DNA of 64,000 nucleotides from a virus: the IMG/VR virus record IMGVR_UViG_3300047160_003799, one strand, 5' to 3'. The notes beneath the pieces are model-generated. The model did not search any database. It was not told the origin of the DNA and saw only the letters and a list, made by a program, of their open reading frames with translations. The position numbers and the translations under genes were made by a program. Below are positions 27,614 to 34,837 of this stretch, in pieces; position 1 is the stretch's first letter; the number at the start of each line of letters is the position of its first letter.

Positions 27614-27686
27614 GCCCACATAGCTCAACTGGTAGAGCACTTCATTTGTAATGAAGATGTTGGGGGTTCGACTCCCTCTGTGGGCT
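27614..27686 (+). tRNA. tRNA-Thr (anticodon TGT)
   Basis: Acceptor GCCCACA/TGTGGGC, D-arm GCTC-AACTGGTA-GAGC, anticodon arm CTTCA-TTTGTAA-TGAAG, T-arm GGGGG-TTCGACT-CCCTC. Confidence 0.85.
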
Positions 27687-27713
27687 TGTTCGTTTTCAAA
27701 AGGGGGGATTCCA

Positions 27714-27959
27714 ATGACCACTATAAGGGAAGAGATAAAGAGCGTTTTCAAGATGATAACTGAATTCTTTGGGAACTACACTGGCACCGCCACTCAGCCT
27801 AAGAAGGAGGAGAAGGCGGAACGTAAGCTCGATGACGCGACCGCTGAGCAGGGCCTCTACTTGGGGAACCTCGACGGCGATGAGCGCACGACAGACTACC
27901 TCGCCAACGAGGAGCTGGGACACGATATCCCGCCGCCCCCAGAGGCTAAGCGTGACTAA
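27714..27959 (+). CDS. hypothetical protein (81 aa)
   Basis: ATG 27714 after GGGGGGATTCCA in frame of ORF 27651..27959 (longer ORF would overlap the tRNA). Confidence 0.45.
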   Translation: MTTIREEIKSVFKMITEFFGNYTGTATQPKKEEKAERKLDDATAEQGLYLGNLDGDERTTDYLANEELGHDIPPPPEAKRD

Positions 27960-28359
27960 GAAGCGTCGAGCAACGACAAAGTGCTGGTACTGCAAGATAC
28001 CGCTGGTGAAGCGGAACGGTGACAAGTACAGCGAGTGCCCGAAGTGCGGATCCAAGGTCCGCGTCTACTTCCGCCTGGACGGAGAAGCTCTGCTTGAAAC
28101 AGGCTACGATTCCGTTCTGCATCTGTGGTATGCACTTGTCAACGTCAACATCCCGACACCAAGCGGGATCTACAGAGGGTTGTCTTCACAGACCAGGAAG
28201 GGCGGATCCGAAGCAGAAGCTCTAGCTCGCGCTATTCCGCTCCTTCTGTACAAGATCAATGAGGTTTGCTGTGGCAAAGAAGACGATAGACGAGGTAGCG
28301 AGCATCGTAGCGCAGATCCAGTTCATGGATCGAAGCTTCCGTCTGCTCCCGAAGGGTAG
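27952..28359 (+). CDS. Zn-ribbon protein (CWYC...CPKC); 3' end uncertain
   Basis: GTG 27952 in frame of ORF 27769..28359; C-terminal 30 aa low-complexity and overlapping next gene. Confidence 0.3.
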   Translation: MTKKRRATTKCWYCKIPLVKRNGDKYSECPKCGSKVRVYFRLDGEALLETGYDSVLHLWYALVNVNIPTPSGIYRGLSSQTRKGGSEAEALARAIPLLLYKINEVCCGKEDDRRGSEHRSADPVHGSKLPSAPEG

Positions 28360-28675
28360 TGGCTTCCTGCTCCAGATCCAGTACCATGAAGCTGACATCG
28401 AAACGGGTGAGCTAGCTCTGCAGAGGGCGAGGAAGTGGTACATCAGCCCATGGTCAACGGAAACGGAGATCGTAGAGACAGCTTTCAAGGCTTGTCGAGT
28501 CTCTATGGACCATGTGCTCAAGGAGCACTTCACCTACAAGGGATGCCGCGTCTACTCGCCTCACTTCGATGTCAACGCTCGCGTCGAGATGTGCCAGCAG
28601 AAGCGATTCGACCGTCGCCCCGATGAGCGGACTCCAGAGGAGAAGGCTTTGGGGCTCGACGTGCGAACGGTATGA
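28271..28675 (+). CDS. hypothetical protein (~134 aa)
   Basis: GTG 28271 in frame of ORF 28259..28675. Confidence 0.45.
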   Translation: MAKKTIDEVASIVAQIQFMDRSFRLLPKGSGFLLQIQYHEADIETGELALQRARKWYISPWSTETEIVETAFKACRVSMDHVLKEHFTYKGCRVYSPHFDVNARVEMCQQKRFDRRPDERTPEEKALGLDVRTV

Positions 28676-28893
28676 GCCTTCGAGTATCCGATAGGTGTGT
28701 CTACTGCGACGGGAAGATCCGTGAAGGTGAGGAGGTCATCCACGTCGCAGCGGCAACAGCCACACGGAAAAGCTCCTACTCGCTTCACTTGAAGCGTGGG
28801 CAAGCACGTCTCGTTCACAAAAGAAGCGCGCCGAATCGTAATCTCTACGAGGGCGTGTATCATGTGATGTGCTGGATTCTATGGCTCAGGTGA
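28672..28893 (+). CDS. small Cys-containing protein (73 aa)
   Basis: ORF track. Confidence 0.4.
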   Translation: MSLRVSDRCVYCDGKIREGEEVIHVAAATATRKSSYSLHLKRGQARLVHKRSAPNRNLYEGVYHVMCWILWLR

Positions 28894-28901
28894 GGTGAAA
28901 T

Positions 28902-29378
28902 ATGGCCTTCTTCAACAGCGAAGAGGAAAGACAAACGTTCCTGCGGAAGTTCGACATCCCGCCTCCGATGAAGAAGCTCATCGTAACGGACGGCGAAGGA
29001 AAGCCCTATCTCACGCGATACGTGGTGAACGAGGCGCCAGACGGTAGCAAGGTCTACTTGCACTTCATCCACCAAAGCGACGACGATAGGGACTTCCACG
29101 ACCATCCCTGGGACTGGCATAGTGAGATCATCAAGGGCTCCTACAAGGAGTTCAGGCCAGAAAGCTCCACGATCTTCAAGCCTGGCGATGTGAATGTGAA
29201 GGTCGCAGAGCAGCTCCATAGGCTCGTGGTCCTCGAAGGTCCCGTCATCACGATGGTCTTCCGTGGACCAAAGCGCAGAGAATGGGGCTTCCAGACACCA
29301 GGCAAGCCATGGGTCCACCACGAAACCTATCTTGACCAGAAGTTCGGCAAGGGCAAGTGGTCGAAGGAGTACGAATGA
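28902..29378 (+). CDS. hypothetical protein (158 aa) with HDHPWDWHS motif
   Basis: ORF track; AGGTGAGGTGAAAT RBS. Confidence 0.5.
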   Translation: MAFFNSEEERQTFLRKFDIPPPMKKLIVTDGEGKPYLTRYVVNEAPDGSKVYLHFIHQSDDDRDFHDHPWDWHSEIIKGSYKEFRPESSTIFKPGDVNVKVAEQLHRLVVLEGPVITMVFRGPKRREWGFQTPGKPWVHHETYLDQKFGKGKWSKEYE

Positions 29379-29548
29379 CACCTTTTGAAATCGTTGTAGG
29401 TTCTATTCTTCTTCTCTTTTTCGCAGATCTCGTCCATAGCACATACGCTATGGTAAAGTTGTGGCGCAATCGAGGCGAATACCGCGAGGCTGATATAGCG
29501 CGCAGGGAAATGGAAATCCGTGAGCGCCTGCCGAAAAGGACTGACTGA
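29375..29548 (+). CDS. small membrane protein (57 aa)
   Basis: ATG 29375 (ATGA overlap) in frame of ORF 29357..29548. Confidence 0.4.
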   Translation: MTPFEIVVGSILLLFFADLVHSTYAMVKLWRNRGEYREADIARREMEIRERLPKRTD

Positions 29549-29580
29549 CGATGGATGTGTGGTGGAGGAATATGGTGTTT

Positions 29581-29608
29581 TTGCCACTTGACCCGTTTTT
29601 CCTACAAT
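29581..29608 (+). promoter_or_regulatory. sigma70-like promoter candidate: -35 TTGCCA, 16-nt spacer, -10 TACAAT
   Basis: Read directly; 60 nt upstream of ATG 29668. Confidence 0.4.
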
Positions 29609-29667
29609 TCCAGCTAGGAGCTGCGAGGGAGCTGGATCGAAAAGATAGGGAAGAAAAGGAAATGAAG

Positions 29668-30279
29668 ATGAACTTGCATGATGCCAGCAATGAGTCGCCC
29701 GTCGTAATGGAGGATAGGGAGCTGATCGCACAGCTCGCCTCTGAGACGGATAGGATGCTCTTCACGGTCGATCTGATGAAGGCCAAGCCTTTCGAGGGAC
29801 TCTCCTCTGCGAAGCGCTCGCTTCTCAAGGCGAAGCTCAAGGAGCAGGCGCGTCGTGACGCCGACGACGAGCAAAGCTCCTACTTCAAGTGGAAGGTCAA
29901 GAAGCTCGCAGCAGAGAAGGAAGCGAAGAGGATCGCTGCCAGGACCGAGATGGAGCGCAAGGTCGGAGACAACGACGAGCGCGCCAAGCTGGGCCTTCCT
30001 CCGCTCACTGAGAAGCAGTTGAGGCTGCGCGCGAAGTGGGAAGCAGAGGACACTGAGAAGCTGTTCGAGGCTCAGGCGAGGACCGAATGGGCAGCGGTCA
30101 AGAGCCGTATCCGCTGGCGCCGCTTCAAGAAGGTCAGCGCAGCGACTCTCGTAGCGCTGGCTGCGTCCTTCATTACCCTCGCTGCGATTCATCCACAGAC
30201 GATCAAGGATGCCATCCACGCGGTCTTCTACCGCTATGGAGAGCAGATCGTCAACTCGACGCCTCACATCGAGAAGTAA
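29668..30279 (+). CDS. coiled-coil protein with C-terminal TM segment; last gene of rightward block
   Basis: ATG 29668 in frame of ORF 29551..30279. Confidence 0.5.
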   Translation: MNLHDASNESPVVMEDRELIAQLASETDRMLFTVDLMKAKPFEGLSSAKRSLLKAKLKEQARRDADDEQSSYFKWKVKKLAAEKEAKRIAARTEMERKVGDNDERAKLGLPPLTEKQLRLRAKWEAEDTEKLFEAQARTEWAAVKSRIRWRRFKKVSAATLVALAASFITLAAIHPQTIKDAIHAVFYRYGEQIVNSTPHIEK

Positions 30280-30287
30280 CAAAAACA

Positions 30288-30312
30288 ACACCCTGGTTAT
30301 TCCAGGGTGTTG
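30288..30312. terminator. bidirectional terminator hairpin AACACCCTGG-TTATT-CCAGGGTGTT at the convergence point of the two long gene blocks
   Basis: Perfect 10-bp inverted repeat; A-run upstream gives a T-run for the minus strand. Confidence 0.6.
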
Positions 30313-30421
30313 CTATGTACCTAGAACTCGATGATAACTCCGACCTCGATGCCGAAGTTAGGTGGGTTCCCACCTGAATCGTAGAGCTTCTCGTCGTTGG
30401 TGTAGAGGCTAACGCATCCGC

Positions 30422-30682
30422 TCAGTGTGGACAGGAGCAGGAGCCCGAAGAGCAACCGCATACCGATGGATCTCCTGGGCACGGCATGATAGGAGCGCAA
30501 CAGCTATCGCACGGGATGGAGCACGAGCCCTCTGGTGCCTTGCAGCCGCAGTGAAGACCGATGTGCCGCTTAACGCGCTCTGACTCAGTCAGCGGATTTG
30601 CGGCTTGCAGATATGGTGCAGCGAAGGCAATGAAGATAGCTGCTACCCAGCAAGCGATAAGTATCCAAAGGTTCCTTGACAT
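30422..30682 (-). CDS. secreted Cys-rich small protein (86 aa; signal peptide + 12 Cys in ~55 mature residues)
   Basis: ORF track; N-terminal hydrophobic signal WILIACWVAAIFIAFAAP; CGCKAPEGSCSIPCDSCCAPIMPCPGDPSVCGCSSGSCSCPH. Confidence 0.5.
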   Translation of the reverse strand: MSRNLWILIACWVAAIFIAFAAPYLQAANPLTESERVKRHIGLHCGCKAPEGSCSIPCDSCCAPIMPCPGDPSVCGCSSGSCSCPH

Positions 30683-31045
30683 TTAGACCTCCTTGATGCT
30701 TCTGATAAACCCCAATGACTTGAGGATGAGAAGACCCTTCTCGATGTCGTTCAAGTCGTCGGAGTTCAGTTCAACACAGCCGATCCTGATTGGTTCAATG
30801 AGCTGGACCACAAAGCAGCCTTGCTCAATGACCTTCTGTAGACTACGGACGAGGACGTGCGCGGGGGCGTAGCTCGGAGGCTTGAGAGGCCATCGAAAGC
30901 CCTTGTCTTCGCTATCGCTCCAGTAATCAAATTCCCCGCACCATTCCCCTTCGCGACGGAGAGCTAGCACTATCCCACGCCCGCCACCGTCGTTGACGGC
31001 CCATATCGCTAGAAGATGATCCCCCTCGTAGATGTCCATGTCCAT
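30683..31045 (-). CDS. hypothetical protein (121 aa from Met 31045; ORF track extends to 31132 through a repeat array)
   Basis: In-frame MDMDIYEGDH start with GAGG RBS; the upstream 29 codons would be translated from the ATCCCGACA repeats (SGFLSGFF), more likely regulatory. Confidence 0.45.
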   Translation of the reverse strand: MDMDIYEGDHLLAIWAVNDGGGRGIVLALRREGEWCGEFDYWSDSEDKGFRWPLKPPSYAPAHVLVRSLQKVIEQGCFVVQLIEPIRIGCVELNSDDLNDIEKGLLILKSLGFIRSIKEV

Positions 31046-31071
31046 AGGGCCTCTACTGACAAAGACGAAGA

Positions 31072-31152
31072 ATCCCGACAAGAATCCCGACAAACTGTCG
31101 GGATCCCTGTCGGGATAAAGAAGCTGGCCCAAAGGAAGGTTGAAATCCCGAC
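31072..31152 (-). promoter_or_regulatory. operator-like array: ATCCCGACA x2 direct (31072-80, 31084-92), TGTCGGGAT x2 inverted (31096-104, 31108-116), plus ATCCCGAC (31145-52)
   Basis: Read directly; 9-mers separated by exactly 3 nt, forming a dyad-symmetric 45-bp site upstream of gene start 31045. Confidence 0.55.
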
Positions 31153-31170
31153 CAGCTTCCTATTTCGCAA

Positions 31171-31506
31171 TTACACCCTGATAGGACGCTTGTTGAGTGC
31201 AGCGTCGATGGCCTGGACAGCCTCACTGACGGTGGCACAGAAGACGGTGTTCTCAGGCATGGTGCCAACGAAGAGGCCCTTGCCGCTCTTGCTGCTCCAG
31301 ACGTAGGTGTGGCGCGGATGAGGCATAGGGCCTCGCTCGAACGAGAGCGAGGCCATGGACACGCCTGGGATAACGTCGAGCTGGCGAGCTTCCTTGAGTA
31401 GCTCTAGGATCGGCTCGACAGGACCGAAGAGGCTTGGCCTAGCGGTCCAGTCCCTCTTGACGGTTTCCTCGACGTAGTTCCAGCGGTCCTTATGGCCTTC
31501 AATCAC
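31171..31506 (-). CDS. hypothetical protein (111 aa)
   Basis: ORF track. Confidence 0.5.
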   Translation of the reverse strand: MIEGHKDRWNYVEETVKRDWTARPSLFGPVEPILELLKEARQLDVIPGVSMASLSFERGPMPHPRHTYVWSSKSGKGLFVGTMPENTVFCATVSEAVQAIDAALNKRPIRV

Positions 31507-31994
31507 CAGGGTAACTCCTTCTTTCCTTCGTTGAGAACCTCGAAGATCTGAGCGACGGTTGCGTCCTTCGGGAGCGCGTCCAGCTTGGGCTGGATCCTCT
31601 TGTGGCGCTCCAGCATCTCCACGTTGTAGGCGTCCTGAGCTTCCTTGATCTCTCTGAGAGCTTGCTCCTTACCTTCCCACACGTAGCCGAGATCCGCTGC
31701 TGTCTTGAAGCGGCTCTGCTCCTTCTCCTTCTTGGCCTTCGCGCGGAGCCTGGCAGCTTCTTCCTTGCAGGCACAGTCGTCGGGGTTCCCGAACGGCGGG
31801 ACGAGCTGGTTCATCATAGCTCGTGCGTTTCCCGCTTCAAGTGGGATCACGTTCAGAGGCACCTTGACCTTTGCCTTCGCCTTCTCGATGTCGGCCTTGA
31901 TCTTGTCAAGCATGGCTAATGCCTTCGACTTCGAGTTCTCCTGCAGCTTGATGAGGCCGTTGAGCTTTTCTAGCCCTCTTGCCTTGCTGTCCAT
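31503..31994 (-). CDS. coiled-coil protein (163 aa; start may be internal Met)
   Basis: ORF track; K/E/A-rich heptads. Confidence 0.5.
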   Translation of the reverse strand: MDSKARGLEKLNGLIKLQENSKSKALAMLDKIKADIEKAKAKVKVPLNVIPLEAGNARAMMNQLVPPFGNPDDCACKEEAARLRAKAKKEKEQSRFKTAADLGYVWEGKEQALREIKEAQDAYNVEMLERHKRIQPKLDALPKDATVAQIFEVLNEGKKELPW

Positions 31995-32694
31995 GGGCTA
32001 CCTCCTCGCGGTCTACTAGCTCCAGCGTTCCATAGGTCTGACAGTAGAGGAACAGCCGAAGATCGACCTCTCCTAGTAGCTCTATATCATACACCACGGA
32101 CAGATACGAGCACAAGGCATGAGGTGAAGAGAATCCGAAGCGCTGAGCAACACGTATCAGGTGTAAATCAGGCTTTACGGTGTCAAAGCCTAGATTCCTA
32201 GCGAGGTGGTGTGCGATGATCGAGCCCACGTTGGGGAGCTTGTCCAGGTTCGCGATGACCTCCGCTGTTGATAGTTGCCCGAAGTCGAAGTAGCGCTCTG
32301 AGAAGATGACCCAATCAATCGCTTGGAGGTGAGCAGCCACCGCGTAGATCCCGTTGAGCTTACGTCTGTTACCGAAGATCCTCATGGCAGCTTCAAGAGA
32401 GTCTGGCTTGACCTTGAAGGGATCGCGCCCAATCGTATCCATGAGCTTGTCGAAGAAGCCAGTGACGACGGCAGCGTTGAAGCCAGCGACACACGAGCAC
32501 CAAACGTACTCACGCCAAAAGCGCTCTGGTGTCACGGCATCCTTAGCCGTAGAACGAACCCACGCGATGTGCTCTGGATAGTTCACGTCGGACCATCGTT
32601 TGACGGTCTGCCAGAGGTCGTCTGGTCGTTTCCATTTGTTCCAGTGAGGCGGTAGGTCGAGCTTGAGCTGCTCGCGAGGCTTGATCTTTTCCAT
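31906..32694 (-). CDS. HhH-GPD-superfamily (EndoIII/AlkA-like) DNA-glycosylase-fold protein, putative
   Basis: LDKLPNVGSIIAHHLARNLGFDTVKPDLHLIRVAQRFG resembles the helix-hairpin-helix + Gly/Pro...Asp loop (LPGVG.KTA...VDTHV.RV..RLG); no Fe-S Cys cluster. Confidence 0.35.
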   Translation of the reverse strand: MEKIKPREQLKLDLPPHWNKWKRPDDLWQTVKRWSDVNYPEHIAWVRSTAKDAVTPERFWREYVWCSCVAGFNAAVVTGFFDKLMDTIGRDPFKVKPDSLEAAMRIFGNRRKLNGIYAVAAHLQAIDWVIFSERYFDFGQLSTAEVIANLDKLPNVGSIIAHHLARNLGFDTVKPDLHLIRVAQRFGFSSPHALCSYLSVVYDIELLGEVDLRLFLYCQTYGTLELVDREEVAHGQQGKRARKAQRPHQAAGELEVEGISHA

Positions 32695-32750
32695 GGGAGC
32701 CCATTGTACACGACGAGGCCCACCGTGGAAGGGTGGGCGTCGATTGGACT

Positions 32751-33788
32751 CTAGGCGACGGCGGCGAGCTTCTTATCCGACGCAAGCTCACCGAAGTCCT
32801 GTCCCGCACGCGCGGGGTGCGCGCAGAGATCCTTGTAGGACAGCGGGCGACCCTGGAGGGCGGCACGAATTGCCGTCACCGCCATAGGGTAAACCTGGAA
32901 AGACGTGAGATAGCCTTCCTTGCCATCCTTCCGCTGCTCGTGCCGCTCCTCGATCCACTCGCGGAACGCGAACATAGGATCGTTGTGCAGCAGCTTGTGC
33001 CCGTTCTCGTCGGCGCCTTCGACGTAGCGCTGCGCGATCCGCGTGACGGCGGGCTCGCCGTAGTAGAACGCGGCCTTGCAGAGCGCGCCGCCGAAACCGT
33101 GGCTGTAGCAGGGGCATCCGAGCTTGGGCGAACCACGCTGCGGCTTCTTGCCGTACATCACGCTCGCGAGCACGTTGCGGATGAGCGTCTCGTGCTTCTT
33201 CGCGAACTTGGCCGTAGCGTGAGCCCTCGCCTTCCAGTTGCCGACCGTGATGCCACGTAGCCAGACCTTCGCAGCTCCCGTCACCTGCTTGGCGTGGGTC
33301 TTGACGCCGCCGAGAGCGATGAAAAGGTGCTCTTGCGTGCGGATCCAGCCCTGGTCGATCTTCATGAAGAGCGAAGGCAAGCAATCGGGGAAGATCCACA
33401 TCGGGATTCTAAGTCCAGGTCGCTCTTGCATCGCCATCTTCATGCCGAGAAGACGATGCGTAAGGTCGAGGCTCTCACCGTCCTCCGCGACCGCGCCACC
33501 CTGGTGAGTGAGCGCGTAGTCGCCTTCCAAGAATTTGTCCCTCCAGTCCTCAGCGCGAGTCATGCTGGGAACGCGGTTTCGTCTGTGGATGTTCGCGATG
33601 AACTGATCCACGAGTGCTTCATCGAGCCACACAAGGATCGGTGCCTTTGGAGCGAGCAACTCGTAGTGAACGGGGTTGTCTTTCGGGGGAGTCGTTCGCT
33701 TCATGAGATCTTCAATGGTGATCCGTCTATTGCGCCCCACTTGGGACTTCTCCTTTCGCCCATCATTGGGCTGGCCGAAGTCTCGCAC
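32751..33788 (-). CDS. hypothetical protein (345 aa)
   Basis: ORF track. Confidence 0.5.
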   Translation of the reverse strand: MRDFGQPNDGRKEKSQVGRNRRITIEDLMKRTTPPKDNPVHYELLAPKAPILVWLDEALVDQFIANIHRRNRVPSMTRAEDWRDKFLEGDYALTHQGGAVAEDGESLDLTHRLLGMKMAMQERPGLRIPMWIFPDCLPSLFMKIDQGWIRTQEHLFIALGGVKTHAKQVTGAAKVWLRGITVGNWKARAHATAKFAKKHETLIRNVLASVMYGKKPQRGSPKLGCPCYSHGFGGALCKAAFYYGEPAVTRIAQRYVEGADENGHKLLHNDPMFAFREWIEERHEQRKDGKEGYLTSFQVYPMAVTAIRAALQGRPLSYKDLCAHPARAGQDFGELASDKKLAAVA

Positions 33789-33891
33789 AGGTTAGAGCAA
33801 TTCGTCAACACCATCGCGGATAATTTCTTGACCTTGAGAGTTCAAACCCGCGTTCAGCAAAGGTTTAGTCCGAAAACAATTTGAAATTGAT

Positions 33892-34656
33892 TCAGATGCA
33901 GGGGTCCGCTGCCAGCCGCTTTTTCGAGATGGCTGAGAAGAACGGATCGAATTCCATCCCGATGTAGTGGCGCTTTAATCGCTTTGCCGCCACGAGAAAG
34001 CTTCCGCTTCCACAAGCGTTATCGAGCACGACGGCCCCTTCGTTCGTGAAGGTCTTGATGAGGTATTCGCCAAGAGCAACTGGCTTCTGCGTGGGGTGCG
34101 TGTGGATCGGATCGTCGTTGTTCACCACTGGAATTGCGACCACAGAGGTAGGGTAACGCTCTGTGCTTCCGCCGCCACTATGTTCCTTGCTCTTGCCGTA
34201 ATTGGTGCTGGAAGTGCGGCTAGTGAAGGCGTGGACGGGTGAATGTCCAGTCGTCTTCTGCGGATTGTAGACGGGCTGTTTGTCGTAGAAGATGAGGATA
34301 TCTTCGTGGCAGCGAAGAGGTTGCTTCTTCGCATTCAAGTGCCCACGAACCTTATTCTTCTTCCATACTAGCGAGTACTTGTAGATAGACTCGCCTGCTA
34401 GCATCAGTTTAGCTGAGAAGAGACCGTAGCCTGTCAGAGCAATCACGCCATTTGGTTTGAGTATCCTTCGATATTCAGCCCATAGAGGCTCCATCGGGAT
34501 TGTGGAGTCCCATGGGTTCTGCGTGTGTCCGTAAGGCAGATCGCAGAGGATGAGATCAATGCTCGCATCGTCTACGAATGGCAGGATAAACAGGCAATCA
34601 CCTGTAAGAACATAATCCGTTAGCACGACAACCCCCTCTTGAGTGAAACCGCCCAT
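33892..34656 (-). CDS. DNA methyltransferase, beta-class N6-adenine/N4-cytosine (motif IV DLPY before motif I)
   Basis: IDLILCDLPYG (DPPY-type motif IV) near N-terminus and VLDNACGSGS (FxGxG motif I) near C-terminus = beta-class permutation. Confidence 0.75.
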   Translation of the reverse strand: MGGFTQEGVVVLTDYVLTGDCLFILPFVDDASIDLILCDLPYGHTQNPWDSTIPMEPLWAEYRRILKPNGVIALTGYGLFSAKLMLAGESIYKYSLVWKKNKVRGHLNAKKQPLRCHEDILIFYDKQPVYNPQKTTGHSPVHAFTSRTSSTNYGKSKEHSGGGSTERYPTSVVAIPVVNNDDPIHTHPTQKPVALGEYLIKTFTNEGAVVLDNACGSGSFLVAAKRLKRHYIGMEFDPFFSAISKKRLAADPCI

Positions 34657-34698
34657 CTCACCGTAATAGGTGAGATGGGCGTTAAGGCGGGAGACTTC

Positions 34699-34720
34699 TA
34701 ATAAAGGGGAGCGCCCCCTA
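34699..34720 (-). terminator. intrinsic terminator for the 1134-aa gene (GGGGGCGCTCCCC stem then TTTATTA on minus strand)
   Basis: Read directly. Confidence 0.45.
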
Positions 34721-34837
34721 GTACTTAGCCATCAAGCCGTTTTCCCATCTCGTCCCTTCACCTGCTAGCCCAGGTGTCCGTGGGTTGGGGGTGTGGACTC
34801 CACGAAGCGGGCCTTGCTCCACCGTCAATAGAGACGG

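Noticed and set aside
30321-30461. Apparent 46-aa lipoprotein ORF (MRLLFGLLLLSTLSGC...) on the minus strand
   Set aside because: On careful re-reading the sequence has an extra C (GCATCCGCCTCAG). The frame hits a stop after 17 codons, so this was my misreading.
31046-31132. Using Met 31132 as the start of gene 30683..
   Set aside because: It would translate the ATCCCGACA operator repeats. The downstream Met 31045 has an RBS and removes the repeat-derived SGFLSGFF segment. Kept as an alternative only.
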